Shown here: in pieces, positions 48,364 through 61,277 of the stretch
Numbering within the stretch: position 1 is the first letter of the stretch
Layout: each line of letters begins with the position of its first letter
DNA from: Chara braunii
Taxonomy: Eukaryota; Plantae; Charophyceae
Length of the DNA stretch: 64,000 nucleotides
Direction: 5' to 3'
NCBI GenBank assembly: GCA_003427395.1
Contig: BFEA01000047.1
Coordinates: forward strand, 493,289-557,288
Notes under the pieces: generated by a model
Databases searched by the model: none
The model's input: the letters and a program-made list of their open reading frames with translations, nothing else
What the model was told of the DNA's origin: nothing
Position numbers and translations under genes: made by a program

Positions 48364-48817
48364 GGAATCAAGAGGTCAGGACACCAAGATTGTGCGAGTA
48401 ACAGGTCAACTAAGAAAGTTGATCAGAGTAGGTTTGTAGATAAATGTTTTAGAAAGAAAGGAAGTGACATGCTCAAACACCAACACAACCCCGGGCTTGA
48501 TCCATCCCCGCACATGCCTAAAAAGTCCACAACCATACTGACCGGATATAATTGATCCACCAAAAAGTCGCCGAACCACTTTTCACTTGTCAGTCAACAA
48601 CGTCCCACCACAACACTTGACCGTACATTGGACCCTGCCGCTAGCCCGACAGTGATCAAGAATACAGAGGAGACTAAAAGAAGAAAGACCGAAGTCGGAA
48701 CAGAAAAGAAGTAACGAAAAAGAAGGTTCGACAACGAGACAACCACCACCCTCCCGCTTCTTCTTCCTTCGACGTTCCCGAAGTCCTAATTTTCTCTTCC
48801 TAGATCGTTTGACTTTA

Positions 48818-49312
48818 TCATGTGAAGTCAGCGCCGGTGACAGTAAACGAATTAAAAAACTTTTTACAATGAGCCAGATCCTCTTTTGAACACAGACAAA
48901 GAGGTAACACCACATAATTTTGCACCCCGTTCCTTCTCATCCACCTATACAGTTTTTCATTCCTCCTGCCTGTAGCAACCATCGACGTATTAGTACTGCG
49001 ATAAACATGTTCCCCCCATCTCGTGTGCAAATCACGCGAAGTACTCCCTACATAGATCTGACGATACCATGGAGATACGAGCACATACACAAGAGGACCC
49101 CACATCGAATCCAAATCCACACCAGCATAGACCACACGTCGTAGAAATCCACACAACTTATTACCCCACGCGACGACATGATTAGAGATCATAAGAGCAA
49201 ATTCTACACACGCCAAACTACTCACCGGTTTACTCCGAACAAAATCAGTGGAAGCTAACCTCAATTTGATACACCATCTAAGCAGATTCCAGAGAGTCGC
49301 GCTCGGATACAA
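48818..49312 (-). pseudogene. GIY-YIG endonuclease domain of the PLE
   Basis: LVYVLVSPWYRQIYVGSTSRDLHTRWGEH...KLYRWMRRNG. Confidence 0.88.
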
Positions 49313-49315
49313 TTA

Positions 49316-50480
49316 CTACGAAGTTGCCGAGTCAGGGAGAACCTCGGTACTGCCTTCATTTACCTGCTCAGGTCCGTCCATCACATCGTGAATAACTACA
49401 CCACCATTCTTACGCGTCTGCGACCCACAAGCTGCATCTGCCCGTTTCTGTGCAATCTCTTCCTTCGTCTTCTCAAGAGTGATGTACGTGACCTCCTCCT
49501 TGCTACAGATGGCTAGAATATCTTCCTTTTTAAGATTCTTTGACAACTTTCGTTGCTGCTGAAGAACACTCTCTCGGTTCGTCAATCTCGGTGTGGCAAC
49601 TTTCTTGCCTTTGTCGCCTTTGTCAGTCGTGGCCACTTTGTCCGATCATGTGCATAGATTCGAGACCAACGATGTTTTTCTAACATCCAAACTCGCCATC
49701 TGTTCTTTGAGTCGATCCAACTCCTGCTCCGCTTCTTTGAGCCCATTCATCTCTCTTAATCTCCATTCCTTCAATAGCTCAATCTCATGCTCTTGATGAG
49801 CCATTGCCTGTTTCGCCTGCTCCTTGTCAAAGGATGGCGACACAGTCGGAATCATCGTCGTGCGACTTCCTGTTCGAGGCGTTGGTGTCGGAGTTACCGC
49901 AACACTATCACGTTTGTTCACAGACCGAAGTGCCTCGGATTTCCAGACTTCAACCACGCCCAACGCTTCTGCATTGACAAGCTTCAATCGTTGAATCTCC
50001 TCTTCCATTGCCGCAAATCTCTTCTCAGATCTCTCTTTCTCCTCCCTTAATGCCTTCTAGTATTTATCAAATTCCGACTCAGACGACGATCCCACGTTGG
50101 TGGCCTGCGACTTCCCTTTCAGGTAAAACTCAAGTTCCGCTCCGAGCTTCACCACCTCCTCGCTTTCCGAACTCTTCTTATTTTGCAATAGTTCATTAAC
50201 CACCTCAAGTTTCCCTCCTAGCTCTAGACTCATTTGAGCATGCAACTCCTCTCTCTCCTTCTTTGTCTCTTTTCTCCGCTCTTCATCTTCCTTTTCACGC
50301 TTCTTACGCTTTTCTTATTCTTCTTTGACTTTCTCACGCTCCATTTCGGCATCATGTCGTGCCTTAATGGCCGCTACAGTAACTTCGAGACTTTCAATCC
50401 TCCACCATAGCTATAACCATAGCCGTCGAATGACGTACCACCAGCAGGAACGGTAACCACTTGGTTGTTCTGCGCAGGAA
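49316..50480 (-). pseudogene. PLE-associated upstream ORF, charged coiled-coil, fragmented
   Basis: Consecutive E/K/R-rich ORF pieces at 50057-50245, 49646-50008 and 49316-49636. Confidence 0.6.
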
Positions 50481-50702
50481 CCAAGGCAGTACTAGTATTG
50501 GCTTGACCAGACTATAGACGCCTACAACATAACTCGAAGCCACTCGTATGTAGTAGGACTCCTACGACGGTTACCTCGTGTAGAAAGGTTGTTAATACAG
50601 ACATACTCAATACGTGGAGAAGTCAACAAGCAAACGATAGGGACATGTCAAAAACCATACATGTATCCTGCAGAGTTGTAGACACACACTGACATCACCT
50701 TT

Positions 50703-50733
<31 letters not shown>

Positions 50734-50734
50734 G

Positions 50735-50789
<55 letters not shown>

Positions 50790-50901
50790 GAAGAAGAGAG
50801 AGGAGAGAGAAGAGAAAAGGTAGTCCAAGTACGAAAACCCGAACGCGACGTAAAAGTTAACGTGAAGTACAAGGCATGGACACAAGGTCCGGTTGGCGCA
50901 T

Positions 50902-50949
50902 GACCCGACCAGTTTCGGCTGGTCGCCAAGCCCAGCCTCTTCAAGGATC
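50902..50949 (-). ncRNA. Second hammerhead copy with a mutated core
   Basis: gatcc-TTGAAGA-ggctgg(gcttggcga)ccagcc-GAAA-ctgGTC-gggtc. The core C is changed to T and the stem III palindrome is lost. Confidence 0.8.
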
Positions 50950-52830
50950 TGTCGGTAGAAAACGCACTGTGGACATCCTAGATATATAGGAAAAAAAAAA
51001 AAAAAAAAACCCTAGAAACTTTGAATATTAAGAAAAACGATGACGGCTACCATTATTAAAAAACAACCCATCACAGGTTCAAGTTCACAGTCCACAGCTA
51101 CAAAATACTGCGCCACTTACTCAGAGTGCCAACTTAAACGTCACGAGATCAAACCTACCTCCCCCAAAAAACTTAGGCTCACAACCAACTTTCCATCCAA
51201 ACCGGTACTGTAACACTACATACGTCACATGTTCAAATCCTACAGTACTCATTCCTCAACAATCTCTGCAACTTCGATCCCACCAACGATGTTCCGTGAA
51301 GGCAATCAAGGCCACCCTGGGCTGAAACGATGCTCGGTACCTCTGCCACCGCTGTTCAGTGGGGGGTTCCCTGAAGGCAATTAAGGTCACCCTGGTGATG
51401 TTCGGTCCCTCTGTCCCCTGGCCGGTGTTCCCCATTGGGGGTTCCCTGAAGGCAATCAAGGCCACCCTCAGATTAGACACACAATATTGAATTTACCTGG
51501 GCTGGTTAGTCCGATGATACCTCAAGGCCATCGCCCTTTTGAAAAAGAAAAAAGAAAAAAAAGGAAATCCACAATGCCAAGGAACAGTTCAACAGACTGT
51601 GGGATACACTGAGGTCAGCATCCTTTGGCTGCTATCTTTGATGGTAACTCCATCAGCAGTCTGGTTGGTGAGCAGGGGAATAGAGGTAGATCTATGGTAC
51701 AGACGTTGCATCACCAGGCACATGTGGTGAGAATGTCCGACGTCTAAACGGATTTGGAAGTAGTGGGAGTACCACTGGAAGAAAATTGGGCGGGAAGGAG
51801 TTGACTGGGAAGAGAGGTGGGTACTGCTAGGATTCCTTCGCCCAGGGGTAAGAGCAAAAAGTGGCTGGGGATACATAGCTCATGTGATCAGAGGAAAACC
51901 CTCTGCAAAGTGATATGGGCAGACCGCAACAGAGCAAGATTCTAGAGCAAACCAATGTGAGATGTGGAGCTAAAAGCAAGGATCAAACAAGGTGTTAAAC
52001 AGACAAATCTCAGTGGAATGGAGAAGGATTGTGCACAGGGGGAAGAGGTGACCGAAGACAGTTGAATTGGTTTCTGAACACTTGGGCACAAAGAAATCAA
52101 ATGGTTGTTGTTCATGCCACCAAGGGACTAGTCAGTTCTGAGTGGATTCGAGAAAAGACAGCCCAAGGGTAGACAGAGGGGGCCAGAGGGAAGAGTCGGG
52201 AGAGAGTAGGAAGCGACCAAGTTTAGATAGAGAGGATAGGAATTGACCAGGGCACTCGGTCCCACTTAGGGCCACTATGAACACTAGGAGAGTGTCGGTA
52301 GTTCCCGGACGTGGTTCTCTGAGTCGTGTTAGTCCCAGACGTAGGTCAAAGCTTGGAGTTCAGTTATTGACATAGTTCCATTATATGAATGGTGAGCAAT
52401 TCTTCCGCAAGTGGGTAGGGATGTGACATCATATTATTCGGTTATGCAAGAATGTCCTCTTCAGTTTCAAATAATACTTAGGTTAGCTCAAACCTTGGTA
52501 CATGAGAGTTCTTTAGGCGATGCCTATAAGCTAAGCTGGTTGATGTTGTGAGATACATTCCGGGTTGAATTGTGAGGTCCCCGGCCTCAAAGTTCGCTAT
52601 TTGGTAATGAACGTGGATGATTAGGGAAAATAAATAAATAAAAAAAGTCCAACACAACCTTCTTTTTTCCCTTTTTTCCCCTTTTTCTGTTTTTTTTTTC
52701 TGTTTTNTTTTTNCCNNTTTTTNTNNTTTTTTTTTCNNTTTTTTTTTTCCNTTTTTTTTTCCNTTTTTTTTCCNTTTTTTTTTNCNTTTTTTTTTTCCCT
52801 TTTTTTTCCCTTTTTTTTCCCTTTTTTTTT

Positions 52831-53478
52831 GGAAATGTTTCGAAATACCCCTGAAGTTTGCGTTTATTTGCAGCGTGCCCTTGTGAAGGTTGACTTACCC
52901 TGTGGTGCCCCTCGGGCCTCTAAAATTTTCCGAAGTTTGCGTTTCGTCGGTCCGTCCTTGAAATGCCCTCACGAGGGGCACACATCTTTCTGTGATGCCC
53001 TTGCAACAATGGCGGCCGGAATTCGAATTCAAAGTGGTAGGCATTTCTCGCGCCACCACGGAAAAACGGTGCAGCAGTGAGTCTTCGAGTTCGCAGCGTG
53101 GGTGATCGATGCGTCGGAGAGCATACAACTATCGTGCGAAGGGGAGTGTGCTCGCGCGTGTGTGCATGTGCCCATGCTCATCGCCCTCCTCCCTTCTCCT
53201 CCATCGATGCCCATCGCTCTCCTCCCTCCTCCTCCTCCGTCCTCATCGCTCTCCTCTCTTCATCGTCAGAGTCATTTCCTCCCTACTCCTCTTCCCCTCC
53301 CCTTCCCTCGTTTCGAGTCCTCCCTCCCCCAACTTTCTCCTCGTCACCCCTCCCTCTCCTCCTCCTCGATTGTCGACCTCCTAACCATCACCATGGCCGT
53401 TTTCTTGGCGTCATCGCCCAAGCACGCTTGCGCGTCTGTATGTGTGTGTGTGTATGTGTGTGTGTGTATGTGTGTGTG

Positions 53479-53534
<56 letters not shown>

Positions 53535-53885
53535 CCATGCGCATCGCCAAATTTCTGATATGCCCCAGTAACACCTCAGCCAGGGCCAGGCGAAAGACTG
53601 TGAGTGTCAACAACGGCCACAGGGGCTCGCTGGAAAGATGGACAGTACCAATAAGGGCATATGGAAAACTTTTGTGCTGGTTCTCAACGACCATCCGGTA
53701 GGGGCATACTGAAAATTTGGTACTGGTACCAGTAGGGGCATATGAAACATGTTTTAGGCCCAAGCGACGCCAGGGGTTTTTTGGAAACATCATTCGTCGT
53801 CAGAGGGGCGCGACAAGGTAATCTGGCCGTCAGAGGGGCACACCGCAAATAAACGCAAACTTCAGGGGCATTTCGCAAAATTTCC
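52831..53885. mobile_element. Non-autonomous MULE-like element with ~80-bp TIRs
   Basis: ggaaatgtttcgaaatacccctgaagtttgcgtttatttgc... is inverted at 53845-53885; T-rich 9-bp flanks. Confidence 0.75.
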
Positions 53886-55329
53886 ATTTTTTTTCCAAAA
53901 ATCCCATGATGTTGTTGAGGCCAAGGACCAGATCCGCAGTGATTGTTGGCAGCGGCAGCCAATGGTTGTCCTAACAGGATAGGCCAAGTACCCTACCCAT
54001 CCCCACGTTAAATGTGTATCGCGGACGGCGTGGAGGCGCAGCCCGGAGGGGGCGAGGACGAATGTTGCAGAAACAGAGGCGCGAAGCAGGCTCCCCTTTT
54101 TTTCGGGTTAGCTAAATGTCAGGATAAGCGAGCAATAGTTGCGAATGTGAGGCCTAAACACGGAAACACACATGGCAGGATTGAAAGGCGGGTTTACCGA
54201 AGCACGGTAAGAGTGTGTGCATGTTTTTTTTTTTTTTTTTTTAACGAACCTATGCATTTTGGAAAGTGCTAGTGTGAGTATGCCCTAAGAACGCCGCATT
54301 CGACCACCAATAATCATCATTTCGGAAAGTGTTGCTCGCATCTTTCATTGTTGTTGTTTTTTTTTCCTGTTTTTCGTTCATCCACTCGTTTGTTGGCTGT
54401 CCGCTAACGGCTGATCCTCCACCCCTCCCGAACGCCCCCCGTTGCCTCTATGTTGCCTCTCGATTTGTGGAATTTCGAAATTGCCTGGCCTGAATAGGAA
54501 AACTCTGGGCACCATCCAAAACGACCACCTCACGACGTCTGTAGACTATTGCTGGTCCTTCGCTATTTTCCTCTGCTAGGACCATCTTATGACAAGGACC
54601 GCACCCTTCAACTTCATTTTCCCGCCCCCTCTAAGCCTATCTAAGCCCTCAAAAGGTCGTCGATGTTACCCGATCGGGAAAGCCAAAACGCAATCGGGTA
54701 TAGCTCAACCTTCTGGTTGCGAATACTCCCAGCGCACCCCCTGTCCCTACTATCCTACCTGAGTGTGACCAGCACTCAGGACCATCACCCTACCAGTATA
54801 GAGGGCAACTTGGACCAGACAGCAGTGACAAACATCAAGGTTGGGCTGACCCCCCAGCCCTAGTGGAAATGGAAGCGGACGAACCTTGTCGTATGAGAAC
54901 TTCGGACACTAGGCTCATGCAATCTGCTATAGGCCCAATTCAGAGAGTCGACCCTGCAGGAGCACCTAAGCAAGGCAAGCCAGCTCCTACGGACACATCC
55001 TACCGTCTTTCCCTTAACTTACCCAAGGCTAGGTGGAACTCAGACTAGTTGGAGCGACTGACCCCCTCATATACCTGATACACCCCTCCAGCCCGGTATA
55101 TTGTGTGTATATGTGTGCCAGAGGCTATGTATGTTTGCATGAGCCCGTAGGCTATGTGTATATATGTTCGCGAGCCGTGTTTGTGTCTGTCCAAAGGCTA
55201 TGTGTGCTTTGTGTAACTGTATAGCGAGATGTATGTGCCCGAAGTCCAGATATGTGTAGTACTATGTAGAGGGAACTATGTGTTCGTTGAAGAGATGACA
55301 TGCCAAGCTGGACAAGACCCCCCACAAAG

Positions 55330-55400
55330 TCCCAAGCCAAACTCGAACCCATGATCTATGACATGCGACCTAAAGACTCTACCATTTGAGCAACAATCCC
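55330..55400 (-). pseudogene. Degenerate tRNA(Ala)-like / SINE head
   Basis: Minus strand gggattgttgctcaaatggtagag...gggttcgag. Confidence 0.5.
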
Positions 55401-56859
55401 AAACGACACTTGTGTGTGATATGTCGGACTTGGGAGATCAATAGAGCAAACAACGACAAGCAACCCACGCAGTATCAAGACCCCGCAAACAACACCGTGG
55501 ACAACCCTTGGGTGGTGCGCAGATAGTGTCTGTAATAGCTTACCATGCGTCAGCCCAAGGGTGTGTGTATCCAACCGTGCGTCACTCTAACGCCTTGCCG
55601 GTGTCCATGCGTAAGGTTGTGGATTTGAACTCGCAGCCTCATACCACAATGCGCATTTCCAACCGGTGTGAGGGTCCATATGCATGTGCGTCAGGCGAGG
55701 CCTACAACTGCCCGAGGTACTGGGGGTAAGTTGTGGCGAGTTAGTGCAACTAGGATACCGAGTCACCACACTTCCATACTTTTTCACTTATCAAACTTTC
55801 ACCACGGATCATGGCGGATGGCAAGTAGTGCAACTAGACCCTGAGTTTCCTTGAATAGGCATGAGAGCAAAGTGGATAAGACTGGTTGGTGTTGCCTGCC
55901 ATTTTATCTTGGTAGGCCACGCCCCGTAGTTGTCGGGGCATGTACGCCCACATGAGAAGAAAATGGTTCGGGGTGAAGTACCATTGTAGGACCTTTTTAG
56001 TGAAAACGTTTGGCATTGGGCAAGCGGGATAAAAAATAGCATGTGAATCCCACACACGAATATACCCGGAACACAATCCCTAAGCTAAATGGTAGGTTAT
56101 GTTGGGAATAGTCAGGGACAATCAGTGTGCCTTATCCGTTTGTTTGAGAAGCGTCCACGAAGTTCGTGGGTGGCCATTTGGGGCCAAGAGCAATGATGAT
56201 GAGCACCAACCGGTTGTCCGAGCCGTGCAAGTATGATGGACCCAGATGTCCTAAGTTTGGCAATTGGCAATTGGTTCTCTCACTTGCACATGTGCGATGG
56301 GCCCAGATGGTATGAGACTAATAGTTCTGGTGGCATATGGAAACAAAAATGGCTTGCTGGTTGAGGGTCCGGAGCAGTTGGTGGGGTCGTTCGACCAGTA
56401 AATTGATGGCACTGATGTATGTCACAATGGACACATGAACCTAGTGTTGCAAGCTTGGTCTACTTCACGTATCATGAACTTTTGTCATTGATGACGTATA
56501 TTGCTTGAGTGTTGCCCTTCGAATTTTGCGGGCTCCTGCAACACTCATGATATGTCAATACTCCTGCAATCTTTGTAGACGGTAGCAACATGACACTTAC
56601 TCAAGTGGCGATCATGTTTGTGGACGCTGTACAGTGGATTCATGTAAGGTACTACATGTCGTTCGTGTAGGCTTTGCTTGTTGTGCATAGGGTAACAAGC
56701 ATTACTGACCCAAACTGAGTGTGTGCCCTCGCCTTTTTGAGAAGCGAATCATAGAGGATGGGTTTGACGCTCATCTTCCTTTTTAACATCGACTTGAATG
56801 GCATTGATTATGAGTGTGTGAGCGGGTGTGGGAACATAGGAGTTGAATATCAAGGGAGA

Positions 56860-57700
56860 TGAACATGACAAAAAGTTTGCGAGTATTGTACGTTGATGTG
56901 ACCGACATTCAACAGGATCTTCCAGTGCATCGCTCCACGGATACAAAGAAGGAATATTGTTTGGAAAACCACTATGCCAACTGGCTTGAAGTTCAACTTC
57001 GCTTGTACAGATCTACAACTATAGGGTATTATCAACAGTGTAGGAACGACATTGGTTTGAGATTGCATGGCACAATCATACGCATGGCGGATATGGCATG
57101 CACCCTCGTTCGAGACTACAAACATATGTTGTCATGGTTAACGAAGGCTCATTTGAAAGATACCCTGCATTATTTTGAGGGCAAGGGCTTCCCAAGCTGC
57201 ATGGGGCTCATGGACTACACACACCTGTATATGCCAAATCATGCTAACATCATACCACCTAGTTCTTAACTTTTTCCCAAGTGGTGTGAGATTAGAAGTT
57301 GAGAGTGTTGAATGTGTATGTTGTTGTACCTAGATCTGGGCATGGTACCTGTATTATACAACTGTTTGATCTTTATGATCCTACGGAGGCAAAAATTGAT
57401 CCATTCGCGAGATAATTGAATATTTAAGAAATGATATTGATTGTTATCTTATGGAGGATGTCAGGTACACATTAGTGTTGTGGATGATAACTCTAATCAA
57501 CGGGCGGAGGCGGACGAAGGAGTAGGTTGTCAAGGACACAAAGTTCTTTGTTGTTTGGTCGACTATTAAATAACATTTTGGGTAGTTGAAAGGAGTCTAA
57601 CATAGTTTTGGTCATCGCCACCTTCCAAACATGTTGAATGTGCTCTGTCAATTTATATCATGTTACATTCTCCATAATATAATGATCGAGGATGGTACCT
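56860..57700 (+). pseudogene. PIF/Harbinger DDE transposase relic
   Basis: FEGKGFPSCMGLMDYTHL (cf. GFPxCIGAIDCTHI), YLMEDVRYTLVLWMIT (cf. YLLGDxGYPLxxWLMT), STIK*HFG*LKG (cf. IERAFGxLK). Confidence 0.8.
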
Positions 57701-58526
57701 CCATGGACGAGCGGTCCTGCGTGTAGTCATAACCTGCGAAGGAGAAAAAATTAATAACCCGTCATACAACAATAACTGTGATGGTAGTGAACATTTTGAC
57801 AATAGCAAGTCTGGCTCGTGCATCCACAACATACGTGCCCAACGCTCACCCGAGGCGTACGAGATGAGGTCATTGCTTATGCAACGTGCAATGTCAATCA
57901 AGGTTTGCAACAAATATGAAGACTGAAACGAAAAATAGATAGTTTCATGTTAGAGTTCATCATTCTAGCATGGTTCAAAAGAAATTGGGAGGTGGGGGAG
58001 ACAGAGGGTTTCAAGAAAGTAGGAATTGTCTACATTATTTGACCGATGATCAATGCATATTATAGTTCCCCAACAAACGATCATAGTTTTATGTTTCCTT
58101 ATATAACTCTTAATGGTTTGTTTTGGTCCCCGTTAAGTATTTTTTTGGAAACAATATTAGTGCATGCAACTTTTAGGAAGATCTATTTTGTACACATATG
58201 TTAATAAATCACATGAGCGTACATGACCATTTATTATGATGCTCCGTCTTCTAATAGATCTGTAACATGCGTGTTTCGACTCCCAAAGTGTTCCTTGTAT
58301 AATCTTATATTTAAATTTTTAGGCATAATGTGAAGGAGATGTCATGTTTAGGGCTTACGTTCTTTCTATTTAACAATTGTTGGTACAAATTCAAGATAAT
58401 GCGAAGTGTGTGATGTGCATACATTTACATAGATACATACGTATGTCTATATATATATTGTCAAACACAGCTGCAATATAGAGTTGCTATGTGAATTAGT
58501 AAAAACGGTAAAAAAATACGTATATA

Positions 58527-58585
<59 letters not shown>

Positions 58586-58662
58586 TCACAAACAGAACTG
58601 CCCGGTAAAACCGTAGGCAGAGAGAGAGAAGAGGACAACAAACGAGGGGCTGTGACAAACTG

Positions 58663-58690
58663 TTTCGTCGGAGTTTCACCGACTCATCAG
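58663..58690 (-). ncRNA. Partial hammerhead core (CTGATGA-stem II-GAAA)
   Basis: CTGATGA gtcgg tgaaact ccgac GAAA between (TA)n tracts; stems I and III cannot be closed. Confidence 0.5.
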
Positions 58691-58712
58691 GAGGTATATA
58701 TATATATATATA

Positions 58713-59459
58713 CAGGGTTACCTGACCGAACGTTCGGGGGCCCCGGACTGGCCCCCGAACGTTCGGGGTCCCGTTCGGAGGCCGAACACCTCCAGGTTCG
58801 GCCCCCGCCAAATTTTTTTTCAGGGTCTAAAAATAAGTTTTTTTTTCTGAATTTTTTTTGTGAGTTCTCTATGATGCAACCTACACGCCTATACATTTTG
58901 AAGCCATTCTGCTAAGCCAAAAAAACATTAGAAATTGTCAAAGATGGGGGTGTCAAAACGTGCTCGCCCACTCACTATTTTGTTTTTTTTCACTTTTAAC
59001 TTTTTGTTTTCACTTTATTTTGGGACCTAAAAAATTTTATTATTTTTTGAATTTTTTTTAATGAGTTATTGATTATGTAAACTACATATCTGTAAATTTT
59101 CAGGGCATTTGTCAATGCCAAAAAAAAAATAAAAAATCGGCAAAGATGGTGGTGTCGAAAAGGTGCTGACACACTCACTCATTTTAATTCTCTTTTTATT
59201 TTTTCTTATTTTTATCATAGTGTTTATTTTCTGTATTTGATTTGTAATTCAAATTTGGTAAAGAATTTGGATGTAGTGCCCAAGCAAAGGTTGTTTAGTT
59301 TATTAGTCTCCATAACATAGTTTGTTTTCGAATTTTTTTGAAAACTTTATTTATTTATTTTTTTGGTCCGCGTTCGGCCCGAACGGCTGAACGCCTTCCG
59401 AAGGGGTCCCGTACGTTCGGGTTCGGGCATTCGGCCCGTCCCGAACGCCAGCAACCCTG
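58713..59459. mobile_element. hAT-like MITE inserted in (TA)n
   Basis: TIRs cagggttac/gcaaccctg, 8-bp tatatata flanks, and subterminal ccgaacgttcgg palindromes at both ends. Confidence 0.8.
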
Positions 59460-61065
59460 TATATATACATATATAGGTCTCATGTAATAGGCCTACATGA
59501 GACCCGACCCGACCAGGGTAATGCAGGATTATTGAGGGTCATGGGGTTGAGCTGGTCAATCGGTGATAGATCATAGGTGAACCCATGCGGGGGGGTAAAT
59601 GGACGAAGAAGGCGAATAAACATAGACCCGGTTGCATGAGACAGTGGGGTTGGGGGGACGATTGGGGTAAGTTGGCAGACCGATAAAGAGTGCAGGGGTG
59701 AAGCACAGTGAACCAGAGAGAGGAGAGCGTGGGGATGCATCGTTATTTTCATCATTTTGTCCCGACCACTATCATTAAACCTTCATGAAACAAAAAACGT
59801 TGTCGGTGCGAATACCCTTACAAGGGTATCCGCCCTGGTTTTTGCAAGTAACAGAAAATGGTTTGGCTTAAAGTTTAAGTATACCGCGCTAAGCGCGGCT
59901 GCGTTTGTAATTGCGTTGACTAGGTGGTTGATCACAATAGCGAGTGTGTGAGCGCGCAGGTTTAAGGCGCCCGTGATTCTTTTCTGTTGTTGATCGTAAG
60001 AGTCGGCTCGGACCTCGGTCGTTTTGCTTAGGTGATATTAAATATTATTTCATTTTTGATTAAACCAGGATTTATGATTTTTTTATTTTATTTTTTCGGT
60101 CTAGTACGACCGACGAATCAGTGAGCATATACGGACATGCGGTGGATCCAGATGATGGGACCAAATGGATACAGCCAAACATGGACAGCCGCGGCACGGA
60201 CTTTTGATGGCCGCGCGCGTCGGCATAGGCTGAGGAGTGGCACAGACCGCTTTCGCCACCAGGGACAACCGCGCCGTACCACTTTCTTTAGGATTCTGTT
60301 ACTGCCGGTACCAGGCTTGGGCTTAGCCCTATAGGTTATGACATTGGGCTGACGCTACGGAGGTTCGGGGATCGAGCTCGGTAGGGCAACGGCTCAGCAA
60401 CTACCGCGAAGCATCGAGGAAGGAACCGGTGGGGTGGAGGGCCGCCAAGGCTATCCCCTTCGGTTTTGTTTACAGGGGCGGCGGCAGGCCTGATCCGCGG
60501 GACTGGCGTGGCGCCAGCAGCCCCGCTGTCCCCCAACTCTATTTTTTTTAATTTTTATTCTACTTCTTTTTTCCTGTTTTATTTATCAAGCCCCGTTCAA
60601 GGACTCGAGACCGTGATGGAATCATGTGGGGGTGTGTTGTATTCGCGGGATTGCCTGTTCTGCAATTACAAATTGTTTTCGTGGCTGCACTGCGGCCGCG
60701 CCCTATTTTGCATTAGGACGTGGTGCCGTGGGCGGAACACGGGGCAATGATTGTTTTAAGGGCCTGCGNGGGCNGTAGCCCGTGGGGNCCGTGGTCGTGG
60801 CTTCCCTCGCTTCCCACTGGGAGAACGTCGATACGCCCCGAGCGGGCCGCCGNACGGCGACAGGGAAAATTTGCTGCTACCACCAAGGTNCGTACTGGAC
60901 CCAGTCCGCTAAGGCCCATGCTCGGGCCTTACGGCAGGCCGAGNCTTTAGTACCGTGGCCAGCTGTTTGAAGGGGAGTCTGGCNAGTGGAAGCCCGAAGG
61001 GGTGGTGGGCTTCGAACAACACTGAGGGGGTTGTGGTGACGGCCTGCCGAGCAGTGACCAGCTGC

Positions 61066-61139
61066 GTATAGGGGTGAAAGACTAATCTAACCGCCTGGTA
61101 CCTGGTCCTCTCCGAAGTTTCCCTCCGAATGGCTGGAGC
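61066..61139 (+). pseudogene. 25S/28S rRNA-derived fragment (domain II)
   Basis: gtataggggtgaaagactaatctaaccgcctggtacctggtcctctccgaagtttccctccgaatggctggagc vs conserved LSU [74 protein letters not shown]. Confidence 0.88.
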
Positions 61140-61144
61140 CAATA

Positions 61145-61277
61145 AGGGTGAGGCCAGAGGGAACTCTGGCTGAGGCTCGCAGTGATACTGAAGTGCAAAT
61201 CGTTCATCGGGCTTGGGTTTAGGGGCGAAGACTCCTCAACCCGTCTAGCAGCCGATCCCCTCTGAAGATTCGCCAGG
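61145..61277 (+). pseudogene. Second, 5'-extended 25S/28S rRNA-derived fragment covering the same rRNA segment
   Basis: agggtgaggccagagggaactctggctgaggctcgcagtgatactgaagtgcaaatcgttc... vs LSU GGCGAAGCCAGAGGAAACTCTGGTGGAGGCTCGTAGCGATACTGACGTGCAAATCGTTCG... Confidence 0.88.

Larger units (their letters stand above)
44780..51480 (-). mobile_element. Penelope-like retroelement with N-terminal GIY-YIG endonuclease, upstream coiled-coil ORF and pseudo-LTRs
   Basis: PLE-type RT, GIY-YIG domain, direct repeat 46107-46272/51122-51286, inverted repeat 44960-45420/50594-51097, hammerhead motifs. Confidence 0.88.

Noticed and set aside
52660-52830. Structured T/C repeat
   Set aside because: Low-quality homopolymer region with many N bases.
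61066-61277. Genuine rDNA locus
   Set aside because: Only two short, overlapping, diverged fragments with no flanking rRNA sequence.
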